A stretch of DNA of 64,000 bases from Octopus vulgaris. Taxonomy: Eukaryota. The stretch lies in contig OX597830.1 in NCBI GenBank assembly GCA_951406725.2, forward strand, positions 34,038,001 to 34,102,000. Reading direction: 5' to 3'. Shown piece after piece: positions 27,935 through 42,051 of the stretch; position 1 is the stretch's first letter, and each line of letters opens with the position of its first letter. The position numbers and the translations under genes are program-made. The notes beneath the pieces were generated by a model. It was not told where the DNA came from and did no database searches. It worked only from the letters and a program-made list of their open reading frames with translations.

Positions 27935-28336
27935 GGGTACATGGACACAGATATGTATATGAGACATGGATAGAGAGAATGAGGGGAATGAAGAGAAAGT
28001 GAAAAATAGAGAAGAACCATACAAAGAAAGAAATATGAATGAATGGAAGCAAAAGGAAAGGGTAATAGTTAAAATTAAGAGAGAGAGAGGAAGAAAATAG
28101 GGGAAGGAACAAAATGAAGAGAGATATGGGCATACAAACTTCATATACGGATCAGATAGCATAAACACACACACATATATATATGCATTCATATACATAC
28201 AAACATAAACTCATTCATGCACACACTCACACATGCACAGATGCACAGATTCAATGTGTGGTGGGGGTAAACAGTGTGAAAGAAATAAACAGAAAAAAAC
28301 AAAGTGATTATAATAATAAGAGAGAGAGAGAGAGAG

Positions 28337-28378
<42 letters not shown>

Positions 28379-28989
28379 GGAGAGATACACAGACAGACAT
28401 GCGGAGAGATTAAGAAAAATGAAGCTAGAGAGAGACACAAAACATCTTACATGGTTCAGTTAACATGAAGCACACACACATACACACATACATAGACATA
28501 CACAAGCATACACATACACACACACACACACATGGACATATACACATATGCACGGATTCATACACACACGCGCACATGGCACTGCATAAAATCACACGCA
28601 TACGCACATAGAGAGAGACACGCTAACATATGCATACACACAAAGGACATACATATACACAATGGTCATACCTGCTAACATATACACATACACAATGGAC
28701 AAACATACATGTGCACATGTACATACACTCATGTGCACAGCACTGCACAAAAATGCATATATATGCATATACATGCAGTTGTGCACACTGACACACACTT
28801 TTACATGTACACACACAATTTGCACATACATGCATATTTACATACATTCACAAATATACAGACACACATGTGCCCTAACATGCATACACATACTGAAGTG
28901 GACACATATTTGCACACAGGCATAATAATACACGTACGCACCTACATGTATGTGTGCATGCACATACTAATATGTACACACACTCCCTT

Positions 28990-29180
28990 GCTCTCTTATT
29001 TGTTTCAGTCATTTGACTGTGGCCATGCTGGAGCACCGCCTTTAGTCGAAAACTTATTCTTTGTAAGCCTAGTACTTATTCTATCGGTCTCTTTTGCCAA
29101 ACCGGTAAGTTACTGAGACATAAACACACCAGCATCAATTGTCAAGCAATGGTGGTGGAGCAAACACAAACATACACACA
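28990..29180 (-). mobile_element. SINE-A 3' half running into a minisatellite
   Basis: tttgtttcagtcatttgactgtggccatgctggagcaccgcc...caaacacaaa. Confidence 0.85.
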
Positions 29181-29840
29181 CACACACACACGCATTCATC
29201 CATACACATGCATACATTTTATAAATCCACCCACACATTCATCCATACACATGCATACACTTTATGTATTGACACACACACATTCATCCATATACATGCA
29301 TACATTTTATGAATTCACACACATACACACACACACATTCATCCATATACATGCATACACTGTACATATTCATATACACAAACATTCATCCACAAACATG
29401 TATGCATTTTATGTATCCATACACACACACATATGCATACATTTTACGTATTCACACACACACATTCATTCATTCATTCATACACTTGCATACACTTCAT
29501 TCACACAGACACACACATCCATACACATGCATACATTTTACATATTCACACACACACATACATTCATTCATACACTTGCATACACTTTATTCACACAAAC
29601 ACACACATTCATCGATACACATGCATACAGACTGCGTATTCACATACACACACATTTTATGTATTCATACTCACAGACCCCCACATTCATCTATACATAT
29701 GCGTACACTTTATTCACACAGACACACACATTCATCCGTACACATGCATACATTTTATATATTCACACACACACACACACACGCACGCACACACACACAC
29801 ATGCACACGTTCATCCGCACACACACACACATACACACAT
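29180..29840. repeat. Minisatellite, ~36-44-bp unit cacacacattcatccatacacatgcatacattttat..
   Basis: Roughly 15 degenerate tandem copies. Confidence 0.85.
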
Positions 29841-30175
29841 TCTGTGTATTTCTAGCCATCACTTTACATGTCAATCGTGGAGAAGTCTTTATTCCTTGAG
29901 ATTTACAACATTGTTATTATGTTTGATACTGGTGGAAGGTCAGCAAGGAAAAGGAGGAGAGGGAGGAGGAGGCGGGGGAGTAGAAGAGGGAAGCACACAA
30001 AGCGAAATAAAAAGGAAAGAAGCTGGAATAGAATTTAAATGCAAAATAAAAGGAAAATATGGAATTTGGAGAAAAACAGTTTTGAAAAAACAATAAGAAT
30101 GAAAAATACAAGCAATCAATGTTGAAATAAAAAAGAAACATTACAAAGCTATAAACTATAATAATAACAAATAAT

Positions 30176-30230
<55 letters not shown>

Positions 30231-30231
<1 letters not shown>

Positions 30232-30437
30232 TCCTTTCTACTAAAGGCTCAAGGTTTGAAACATGGCGGGAGTGGACTTGTCGATTACAGTGTTTACACT
30301 GGTACATACTTTATTGACCCTGAAGGGATGGAAGGCAAAGTTGACCTTGGCAGAAATTGAACTCAGAATGTAAAATTGGAAGAAATACTGCTAAGCATTT
30401 TGCCTGGAGTGCTAACAATTCTGCTAGTTTGCTGCCT
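30231..30437 (-). mobile_element. SINE-B, (TAT)n tail type
   Basis: atcctttctactaaaggc..ggcaaagttgaccttggcagaaattgaactcag..; within (AAT)n. Confidence 0.85.
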
Positions 30438-30454
30438 TAATAAGAACAACAACA

Positions 30455-30510
<56 letters not shown>

Positions 30511-31060
30511 TCATTCTTTTATTGGCCACAGGGGCTCGCATAAAATTACATTAAAAAACATACAACACAAAAGACAAAGACTGGATGATACAATAGGTTT
30601 TACAATGTGTTGTCAATATAAATAACAATTCAAAATTAAACAATTTAAAACTCCCAATAGGGGAGGTGCTTTAAGGACCTTGTGGAAAACCCCACAAAAG
30701 CCACAGGTGTCTGAACAACAGGGCAAGAGCCCTTCTTTTGTTTACAGGTGCACGCTCAGAATTGGTTCTTTCACACTGGCCATTCTTCCAACAGTCATCC
30801 ACAGTTCAACAAACTTGCTACAAGGCAACACTTCTCTCTGCACCCTCAACTTCCTTTTCAAGTAAAACTTGTAAAAGTTGATGAGGGCTTGGCCAGAGAG
30901 GAAAGTGTCTGACTTTAGCCCTTTCAAATGAGTACACCATACTACCTCTTTCATTACAGACACTAGACAAATAAGAATTGCCTGCTCCTCCCAGCCAAAA
31001 GAGGGTGGTGGGGCAATTCTCACAATGGATTCAGCTGATAGTTGGATCAGTCCTCCAAGG
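30511..31060 (-). mobile_element. 5'-truncated Tx1/L1-clade LINE: ORF2 C-terminus and 3' UTR
   Basis: ORF 30742..31023 (LICLVSVMKEVVW...LINFYKFYLKRKLRVQREVL..KFVELW) resembles Tx1-like ORF2 ends; T-rich UTR ending agcccctgtggccaataaaagaatga. Confidence 0.6.
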
Positions 31061-31184
31061 TGTTTATAAACTTTGACACAAGGCCAGCAATTCAGGGGTA
31101 GGGGCTAAGTCAATTCGATTGACCCCCTCAGTATTCAACTGGTTCTTATTTTATTGAACTCAAAGGGTAGATGGTAGATGGTAG

Positions 31185-31432
31185 ATGGTAACTGAAAGAA
31201 GCCTGTCGTATACATATATATATGTGTGTGTGTGTGTGTGTGTTTCCCCCCTAACATCGCTTGACAAACAACACTGGTGTGTTTATGTCCCCGTAACTTA
31301 GCAGTTCGGCAAAAGAGACTGATAGAATAAGTACTAGGCTTACAAAGAATAAGTCCTGGGGTTGATTTGCTTGACTAAAGGCAGTGCTCCAGCATGGCCA
31401 CAGTCAAATGACTGAAAAAAGTAAAAGAGTAA
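31185..31432 (+). mobile_element. SINE-A 3' part
   Basis: aactgaaagaagcctgtcg...gactgaaaaaagtaaaagag. Confidence 0.85.
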
Positions 31433-32642
31433 TACTAATGATGATGATAATAATAATAATATCAACAACAACAATAATAATGATATCAATAATAATAATA
31501 ATAAATCTCATGATAAGTGCTACAGGCACCATCCAGAGTATGTGGCATTAGGAAGGGCATCCAGCTGTAGAAACATTGCCAGATCAGACTGGAACCTGGT
31601 GCAACCGCTGGCTCTCCAGACTTCAGTCAAACCGTCCAACCCATGCTAGCATGTAAAATGGATGTTAAACGATGATGATGCAGATGATGATGATGATGAT
31701 GATTTGACTATAGCAACAGGAAATAAAGTATTGTGCTCGGGTACACAACACTTCAGTGGAAATTGAACACACGGCCTTATAATTGTGAGCCAAATGCCCT
31801 AGCCAGTTAGCCATATGCCTCCACCATGTTTCATACCAATCACTGCCAACTGATACACAGGGGGAAGACATGAGCAAGGAAGATTTACCGAGGTGAAACA
31901 GGATGCAGTGGTTACTGCAAAGTATAGGATCTTGGGCACAACATGGCTGATGACAAAAAAACAAAACAAAGGGTGAACTTAGCAAGAAGCCAAGAGTACC
32001 TGTTTAGAGGTGGCATATGACACCAACCATGCCTAAGGGGTAGAAGACATTGAAGTAGTTGTTGAAAAAGGCAGAAAGAGGGAACTGCATGCTTGCAGGT
32101 CAAATGCTACAGCATGTCTGTGAGGAGACATTGTGTCAATTGTTGAGTGGCCCCTCAATGATATGGTCACAGGTCAGTATTTGCAGCAGCAGCAGCAGCA
32201 CTATCTCAGATGGAAGCAAGACTTATTTGTGGACCTTATTGAGCTTTCTAGAGATCATCATCATCATCATCTTCATTATTATTATCACATATTCATTATT
32301 ATTATCACATAATCATCATCATCATCATCATCTTTATTATATTATTATCACATCATCATCATCATTTAATGTCTCTTGACCATGTTGGCATGGGCTAGAC
32401 AGTTTGACGAGAGGTAGCAAGCTGGGGAGCAACACCTGACCCCTGTCTGATTTGGCATGATTTCTACAGCCAGACGTCCTTCCTAATGCCAAACACTTTA
32501 CAGAGTGCACTGGGTGCTTTTAAATGACACTGCATGGATGATTTTACATGGTATCACATGGGTGCTTTTGCAAGGGGCTGAAAATGGACTTTTATGTGGC
32601 ACCGCACAGGCTCTTTTATGTATGTATATTTTTATATAATAA

Positions 32643-33170
32643 ACTTTTTCAGTAAAGATTGTTTGCCAACATAACATGACAGTCCTGGTTTAGGACTAAC
32701 ATTGCTGTAATTTAGCCCCAGGAGCCATCGTCTCCAGCTGGCTATATGACACAATCTGTGTCCTTATATTTTCAAACAAGGGAATCTAGTACCCCCACTC
32801 AACTCAAAACAATATCTGTGTATCGTGATTTCTGGGTTATTTCACTTCATCAGCACAGAATAATTGTTCAGCTGGAGTTGGCGCTGCCAAATTCCCATTT
32901 GAAATATATATTTTTCAAAGTGACAACTAAGTCACTGATTTATAAATTAGAAAGTTATTATCTCTAAATCTGACAACGTGAGATATTCAGCAACAGTACT
33001 TTGTAGTAATATTGTTTGCCTACATAACATGGAAGTCCTGGTTTAGGACTAATGTTGCTGTAATTTAGCCCCGGGAGACATCATCTCTAGCTGGCTATAC
33101 AGCATGATCTGTGTCCTTATATTTTCGAACAAGGGAATCTAGCACTTCCTCTCAGCTGAAAATAATATCT
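32643..33170 (-). mobile_element. Retrozyme-like partial tandem repeat (~355 bp period) containing an HHR
   Basis: Direct repeats ~32643-32817 and ~32998-33170; HHR at 32859-32815 at the junction. Confidence 0.65.
32815..32859 (-). ncRNA. Type I hammerhead ribozyme motif
   Basis: Minus strand tctgtg-CTGATGA-agtgaaataaccca-GAAA-tcacg-ATA-cacaga. Stem I is 6 bp and extendable, stem III atc(ac)gat, stem II weak. Confidence 0.7.
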
Positions 33171-33729
33171 ATTTTTAACTGCTTCAATGCCAAAGTTTCT
33201 TTCCTTAGTATTTCATTTCCTAAGAATCTTTTGATATAACATCAAGGATTTTATATCTATTTCCATTTTCCTCAGGGTCTGTATTTTGCATCAGGTCTTG
33301 ATCATTCTGGTTTCTTTGGTAACACTCAAAATATTTCTGCCTGATGAGTCCCCTGCATACACACACACGCACATGCAAACACGTATACATGCACACACAC
33401 ACACACACATGCACACACACACAAACAGGCACACATTCATGTGTATTTGTATCTGTGAACATAAACATGTGATTGCATGGGATTTTAAATTCTCACATTC
33501 CATGTATATAAGTCAAAGACAAAAATACTGATTATTTTTTTTCATCATAAATCAGTAATAATCTCTAAAACAAATATATGAGCGTGCATACCTATGTGTA
33601 TATGCATGTGCTTGTGTATGCATGTGAGCATATGTATGGATATATATATATATATACGAATTTACCAATCTATCATTATGTGTATAACTATATAAATATA
33701 TATAATGGTGTGTGGGTGTGCATGCATGC

Positions 33730-33770
<41 letters not shown>

Positions 33771-33810
33771 AACATATATATATATATGTATGTATATATA
33801 TATATATATG

Positions 33811-33868
<58 letters not shown>

Positions 33869-33932
33869 CCCTCTACTGTATTTGCAGAAGGCTATTGGTG
33901 TCATCTCATATTTCTTCAGCCATATTAAACAT

Positions 33933-34007
<75 letters not shown>

Positions 34008-35512
34008 ATGTATGTATACATATATCTACAAACACACACATTATCTTTGTATATCGAAGTATATATATATCTGTTGTATATGCCTACACATGTATATATA
34101 AATGCATGTATATGAATACATATATACTTATATATGTATGTATGTATGTATATGTGAAAAGCCATGACTTAAGAGATGGGTGATGCTTAACATAGCTGAC
34201 AAAATATGAGATGACATCATGGCCTTCTTCAAATACAGATGTGTGATAACTTAGAAATATAAACCTTTTACAGTTGTGGATGAATTAAGATTTCTTTGGA
34301 GTAGCAAATTTTTCATGCCCGAAGTAAGAATCATTAGACATGGTCGTTGAACTGGATAAAAGCCATATGGTAGATGTAAGAGACAGAGAGATAAAGTATG
34401 TGTGTATATATGCGTGAGAGAGAGATTGTGTGTGTGTTTAAGTGAAAGAGCAACGATTTTGTTTTATAGAAATTTTTATTTAAACTTTCATGTGTTTGTT
34501 TTTTTAACAATATTTATTTCTTTTTCAATTTTATTTATATTTCATTAATGCTTAATAAATGTAATGTTATCATATGGCTGTGCACGTGTGTCTCTGTTCA
34601 TACATATATTTGACTTTGTTTCAGCGGTTTATGTGTTTGTGTATATATGCACATACACAATTATATATACATAAACATATATACACTAATCTTCTTCGTT
34701 GATTTATTATTATCATTATTATTATTATTGAGAATTTTTTTCTCATATATATATATTTACTTATAAGAAATCTTTCATAAAAAAAATGACTGCTATGACA
34801 TTCCATACATATATCTCTTTGTATATCTCTATTTTCCTGTATCTTTCACCCTCACTCTTTGTGCACATACACACACATATATGCACATACACATGCGTGC
34901 ACACACGCACACACACACACTCATACACGCATATGTATAATCGTGTATGTATATAACCACACGAAATAATATATGCAAGAGAAACCATAAATATGATTTA
35001 AACAATATATTGCCACAGAATTCCATACAAAAGTAAACTTTCTATACACTGCAATGCTGCCCCATAATGGGATAATGATGTGAAATATTCTGATGAATAT
35101 AATAAGTATACAAAACAGACAAAATAAGGAGTTTAAATGTTCAAACAACTTAAAAGAAATTAATAAAAGCCTGTATCTTTTAATAGTATTACACATGTTA
35201 TGCATGTACATAATCTTATATATGCACACATACTCAGACACATGCCTACACAAACCCATATATATTGAAATATGAGTTATAAAGTATATTAAAATGTATT
35301 TTACATGGTGCAAACATTATCTGACAAACAACTCAATACAGTGTGTAGAGTAGATTGATATGCTTATATCAAACGTTGACATTTCACTCTGAGTTTTATT
35401 CCAGGCTGGGCAGTTTTTTGCAATGGGTATGGATAAAGATTTGCAGTTTCAATGAGGTTAGGTTGACCTTCAATGTATCTGGGTAGGTAGAGTGATAAAT
35501 GTCGTTTTATAC

Positions 35513-35741
35513 TAAAACCTTTTGTTACCAATCTGCCTGAGAATGCCCCTGGTTCTGGGATGCAAACATCCTGTTTCAAGTGATCTAAGTTAAAATCTTA
35601 CATCAAAATTTCATGCTAACATAAGTTCCATGCTCCAGATTAATAAAGAGAAAATTATTTTACTAATTTCTTAATTAATTTTAAAATTCATTGAAACAAA
35701 GAGAGACTATTTCAGCAGAAATATGGTAATGAAATGTTTAA
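35513..35741. mobile_element. Decayed piggyBac-like MITE
   Basis: Ends taaaaccttttgttacca ... tggtaatgaaatgtttaa; inverted homolog at 57425-57679. Confidence 0.45.
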
Positions 35742-35805
35742 AGATGTAGGGTCTGCATTAAAAGGTTATTGTTACACTTTGTGTCGGTATATAAAGGTGA
35801 GGATA

Positions 35806-36193
35806 GTGGAGGCGCAATGGCCCAGTGGTTAGGGCAGCGGTCTCGCGGTCATAGGATCGCGGTTTCGATTCCCAGACCGGGGCGTTGTGAGTGTTTATTG
35901 AGTGAAAACACCTAAAGCTCCATGAGGCTCCGGCAGGGGATGGTGGTGATCCCTGCTGTACTCTTTCACCACAACTTTCTCTCACTCTTACTTCCTGTTT
36001 CTGTTGTACCTGTATTTGAAAGGGCCGGCCTTGTCACTCTCTGTGTCATGCTGAATATCCCCGAGAACTACGTTAAAGGTACACGTGTCTGTGGAGTGCT
36101 CAGCCACTTACATGTTAATTTCACAAGCAGGCTGTTCCGTTGATTCGGATCAACCGGAACCCTCGTCGTCGTAACCGACGGAGTGCTTCCAAA
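35806..36193 (+). mobile_element. SINE family C (tRNA head H1 plus tail T1), young, with 13-bp TSD
   Basis: A box tggcccagtgg, B box ggtttcgattccc; TSD aaaggtgaggata (35793-35805) / aaaggtgaggaca (36194-36206). Confidence 0.9.
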
Positions 36194-36639
36194 AAAGGTG
36201 AGGACACTCCTACTGTCTTTTAATTGTATAGCACTGTCAGAGGACCTCATTGAAAGTATAACAAAGAAAAATTTTAGTAATTTTGTTGTTGGTTATCCAC
36301 AGATCATTCCAAACATAGTGTTTGTGAACTCCATGTGAATCATGAGCTTAGTTAAAAACTTTTTTAGTTGACAAATATTTGAAAGGGCTGATGTCTAAGG
36401 GAAAGTTCAACTAAAATAAACTGATCATAGATTGTGTAAAGGCAAAAATTCACAACAGAAGATTTATATTCAAATGCATTCCATTCATGCACATCACATC
36501 CTTTTTTAAGGTTCTATGTATCTGGGGTCAAATTACCCTTAATATCGTTTTTATACCAAGCCAACCATTATGAAGTATTCATATTTACTTTAAATCCCTA
36601 ATCCTAAACTCATTATTTCATAAATGATGCTCAAAGATT

Positions 36640-36839
36640 TTTGGCTTTATCTTTCTCTGGTTTCAATCATTGGACTGCAACCAAACTAGAGCATTTTTAA
36701 GGGTTTATCAATCAAATTGACTCTACTATTATCTTAAGTCTGGTACTTTTACTATTAGACTCTTTTTGCCAAATTGCTAAGTTACTAGGATATAAACCAA
36801 TACTGGTTACCAAGTGATGAGAGTCAAACTCATACGTAA

Positions 36840-36870
<31 letters not shown>

Positions 36871-36976
36871 TACATACACACACACATATATACATACACA
36901 CACATACTCTCACATACACACACTCACACACACACATATATAGATAGATAGATAGATACATACATACATACATACA

Positions 36977-37010
<34 letters not shown>

Positions 37011-37325
37011 CATACATACATACATACATACATACATACATGTATACATACTCTAATAACCTGGTGTTACAATTCAATGTACATATATTTCACAGAAAAG
37101 TGTTAGTTGCATACAGAGCATACGCAGTTATATAAATGACAAGGGTAATTTACATAATCGCTTTGATATATATATAAATGTTCGATTTTCCCACAGCTTC
37201 CGTTTACCAAATTCGCTCACATGAATTTATAATTAAAAAAATCATATGCCCAAGGTACTGCCCAATGGGTCTGAATCTGAAGCCAGCAGCTTGCAGGATG
37301 AATTTCATAATCACAAAACCATACT
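36640..37325 (-). mobile_element. Old SINE-A with expanded internal microsatellite
   Basis: Tail at 36650-36830, head remnants at 37190-37325. Confidence 0.55.
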
Positions 37326-37994
37326 TTCATCAACACTAACATAACATACCAATATGCATGTAAAGTTATATATATATAGTTTACTAGAAACTACAAAATA
37401 TACATTGTATTGAAAATTAACTGAAATACATCATTAGTTTTCCGATTAGAAAAATTGGTAATGAAAGTGTTAAGGCAGTTTGGTACAATATGAAGAAGAT
37501 TTGGCTGTTATTTCTAACAGGTTGGGATACACTGTAGAGCACTGTGGTTCTCAGCATTTTCCCTACAAAGGACCCTGTATGCTTACATGAATGTTCCTAC
37601 AGACTCTAAACGTTTGAATGATTGTCTATTCAATCAAATTTAATTAAATAACAACAAATTCATCTTCCTAGCTTCATTAGTTATTTGAAAGATATATATC
37701 ATCATTATCATTGTTTTAACATTCACTTTTCTAGGCTTACATGGGTTAGGTGGAGTTTATTATGATAGATTTACTGTGGCTGGATGCCCTACCTTTCACC
37801 AACCTTCAATTGTTTCTCATGCAAGGTAATGTTTCCCAATGGTCAAACATGTTTTCACAGAATATTGGAAATGCTCTTCTGATGCAGAGTTAATGATTTA
37901 AACCATTTGGAATCTTATATTATTTCTATCATTGATTTAAGTGTAATTAAATGCTAAGATATATGGTTAAATCTTTGAAAGTAATATCATTTAT

Positions 37995-38360
37995 CTTCTA
38001 TCTTTTACTTGTTCCAGTCATTTGACTGTGGCCATGCTGGGGCACAGCTTTGAATGATTTTAGTCCGATGAATTGACACTGGTTCTAATTTTTTTTAAGC
38101 TTAGTACTTATTTTGTTGCTCTATTTACCGAACTGCTAGGTAATGGGGATGTAAACACACCAACACTGGTTGTGAAGTGGTGGTAGTGGTGAGGGACAAA
38201 CACACACATACGACACACTTCTTTCCTTTCCTGTCTACTAACTCCACTCGCAAGGATTTGGTCAGCCTGAGGCTATAGTAGAAGACACTTGCTGAAGGCA
38301 CCATGCAGTGGGACTGAACCCAGAACCATGTGAATGGGAAGCAAACTTCTTACCACATGC
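37995..38360 (-). mobile_element. SINE-A
   Basis: Homology to other copies. Confidence 0.85.
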
Positions 38361-38691
38361 ACAGTATGATAATTTTAAAAATATTCATCTACTTTCGTAT
38401 TTAATTAATTGCATTCATTAAAAGCAATCATGCAACCACTATTCTGTTATTCAGACCAACCAGAGACATTGATGGACTGATTTACAATATTTCTGTGAAA
38501 ACCAAATATATTATTCATAAACTTTAGCATTTTGTGACGAACTGAAATTAAAAATGAAGAAACTGAGCAGAAAGAATAAGGTTTAAGTAAAAATAATTTT
38601 TTAAAGTCTCTTAATGGATAATAAGTATTGTTTTCTCAAGCTTGTACACACTAATCTATATACATTTTCCACACACACTCACATAATAATG

Positions 38692-38758
<67 letters not shown>

Positions 38759-40070
38759 TAATAATAATAGTAATAATAATGATGATGATGATGATGATGT
38801 CTGTATATGTAAGAATGTATGCAAATGTATGTAATCCTTAGGTTTTGTCAGTGTCTTTCCAAAATAGTTCCCCAAGAAGCATTCAAAGAATTTCATCTTC
38901 CACTTCTAACAAAACAAATGCACTGGAATATGAGGGATGAGGAGTAGGGGCTGGAAGATAAAATGAGAAGAGTAAATTTAGAAACAAATAATACATACAC
39001 ATAAATGTGTTTGTGTGGTGTGTGTGTGTGAAGAAACTTTGGTTGTACACATACACACATCATACTCATGCATATATGTATGTATATATATATATATATA
39101 TATACACACGCACACACTTGTGTATGTTATGTATGTGTGAATACTGAAAATATCTATGTGTGTATACTCAATTATACACGGATACAAGTACTGGCTTTTG
39201 CCATGTATGTGCATTTGACAGTCTATATATCTATCTTTATATCTATCTAATTAACTGACTGTCTCTCCAGCCGGCCATCTCGTAATCTATCTATCTGTCT
39301 CTCTCCCCCCCTTTTTCTCTCCCTTGCAAATATGTGTATATGTGTATGTGTGTGTTATGCATGCATGCACATGTGTGCATATGCTCTTAGATATTTAGTA
39401 TATATAATGAGAAGTAAAAGCTGCATGCAGTATGAACTTATATGCAAAAATGCATTCAGTCTTACAATTTATATTCACTCATATTGATGATGATATAGAG
39501 AATAGTAAGTATGATGGATATGTTTATATGTCTGTGTATATATATGTATATATATGCATATATATTTATATATGTGTGTATATATGTGCATGTGTGTTCG
39601 AAAGCAATTAAAAAAAAATCATGCACAAAGCCATTCTGTTATATGATAGATTCCTTGAGTTTTATAAAGCGTTACCAATTTCTGTGATATCCCTGGAATA
39701 ATGGAGTTCAACCAAAGTCAAAGACAATCAAAAACCACCCAAAGATATATATACTAAGCGAATACAGTTCTTCATTTACTCTGCTGCCCTTTAGGATATG
39801 GTCAGTGGCGCCGTGACATAGCAGATGTCAGAGGAATCTTGATGAAATTGGTTAGGTTCCATTCCACAAACCTTGAACTATTGCTCATCTGTATTTATGT
39901 GACTACGTATATATGTATGTGTGTGAATGAGTGTATGTGTAGGCGTGTTTGCATGAGTGAGTGAGTGAGTGTATTTATGTGTGCATTCAGGTACATAGAT
40001 ATATTTACTTACCTCCATATTAATATAGAAGATATTTGATACACACACACTTATATATGCATACACACAC

Positions 40071-40101
<31 letters not shown>

Positions 40102-40112
40102 CATGCACACAC

Positions 40113-40156
<44 letters not shown>

Positions 40157-40172
40157 GCACACACCTAAATGC

Positions 40173-40205
<33 letters not shown>

Positions 40206-40206
40206 G

Positions 40207-40247
<41 letters not shown>

Positions 40248-40539
40248 TTGATAGATGTATAGATATAGATATATGAATACATATACATATATATACATAT
40301 GCGAACACACATATATGTATATACATACATATACAAATATATATTCACATACTTGTTTTATACACACACACACTCATACATATATATATATTTAATGTGT
40401 ATGTATATGTGTGTGTGAGTGTATAGATATATATTTATTTACATATATATATATATATACATATATATGTGTATAATACATCTGTATGTGCATGCTTTTT
40501 ACCTAAAATCTGAAGACTATGCACACACATGAATACATG

Positions 40540-40597
<58 letters not shown>

Positions 40598-41214
40598 CAG
40601 ACATGCACACGTGTATATATTAAATACCCATAGATCTGCTTATATACAGACAAATACTTCCAATATGCCATTGATGAAGCCACTTATGAAGTGAGATGTA
40701 GGTTGAGCCGGATGATGAGAACAGGGTGAAGGATGAAGATGGAGGGTGGGGTGTAAAAGCCTCGAGAAATCGAAATGAAAAACAAAGCGAGGCTGAATTG
40801 GGGAGAGGTAAAGAAAAAAAAAATAAAGATACATTTACAAGTAAAGGTATAAGAATTGGAGATAGAAGGAAATGTGTAAAAGGAGAAGAAGGAGGACGAA
40901 GAGGAGGAGGAAGAAGGTGACAGAGAATTAAAAAAAGACAATGAAGAAGTATGAAAGAGGGGGCAGATGCAAGGAAGAAAGGGAAATGAGAATATTAAAG
41001 GTATTGAGGATGATTATGATAACTTCATAGATGATGACACTAATGATGATGCTGATGATGATGCTGATGATGCTGCTGATGATGATGATGGGGCTTTAGT
41101 AAAAAGAAGAATTAGAATAAGAAATAATGCCAAAAAAAATGATAGAAATCTAAAGAAAATGCAAAACGTATTCATTTTGTGTTGTCCTACCCCTAAATCC
41201 CTCTGTTTAGATGG

Positions 41215-41409
41215 TATTATATATATATATATATGTGTATGTATATATGTATATATATATATATATAAATATATATGTATATATATGTATATATATATAT
41301 AAATATATATGTATATATGTATATATATATATAAATATATATGTATGTATGTATGTACATATATATATGTATGTATATATATATGTGTGTATGTATGTAT
41401 GCATATATA

Positions 41410-41442
<33 letters not shown>

Positions 41443-41660
41443 ATGTGTGTATGTATGTATATATATATGTGTGTATGTATGTATATATATATATATATAT
41501 GTGTGTATGTATGTATATATGTATATATATATATGTGTGTATGTATATATGTATATATATATATATGTGTGTATGTATGTATATATGTATATATATATGT
41601 GTGTGTATGTATGTATGTATGTATATATGTGTATGTATATATATATATATATATATGTAC
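41215..41660. repeat. Compound (TA)n/(TATG)n tract; similar tracts at 260-480, 7880-8220, 8490-8970, 14640-14965, 25250-25520, 33730-34150, 49320-49735, 53140-53360
   Basis: Direct observation. Confidence 0.95.
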
Positions 41661-42051
41661 CCATGCATACTTTCATGTATTTATTCCCCTCCTTTTCTCT
41701 CTTTTTCTCTCTCTCTCTCTATAAATGTATATATATGTGTGTATGTGTGTATAACTATGTATATGAGTATTTATATATGTTAGTTTAAATGGCTTCTATT
41801 TTGATGCCATCTTTATTGAAGTTGTTCTTTGCATGTTTATTTTGGAACCCAACTGTGACAGAAATAATTTCATGGTTCCATCTTTTCTCTTACCAATATA
41901 AAATAGCTAAGCATCAGATTTCTGGTAATGGTGAAGGAGGAGGTGAAAGCTGCAACTATTGTTATTTATCTCTACCTAATCAAGCTGACCTACGCTATAA
42001 ATATGATCTAGCTGTGGCCATCCCATCCTTTTTTTTTTTTTCAGACACATT

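Noticed and set aside
29149-30096. Longest ORF (315 aa, His/Thr-rich)
   Set aside because: Minisatellite read-through, open in several frames.
33220-33355. Possible minus-strand exon (GLIRQKYFECYQRNQ..), loosely like a class-B GPCR N-terminus; also ctgatgagtccc on the plus strand
   Set aside because: No pyrimidine tract or convincing donor, similarity too short, and no GAAA downstream for an HHR.
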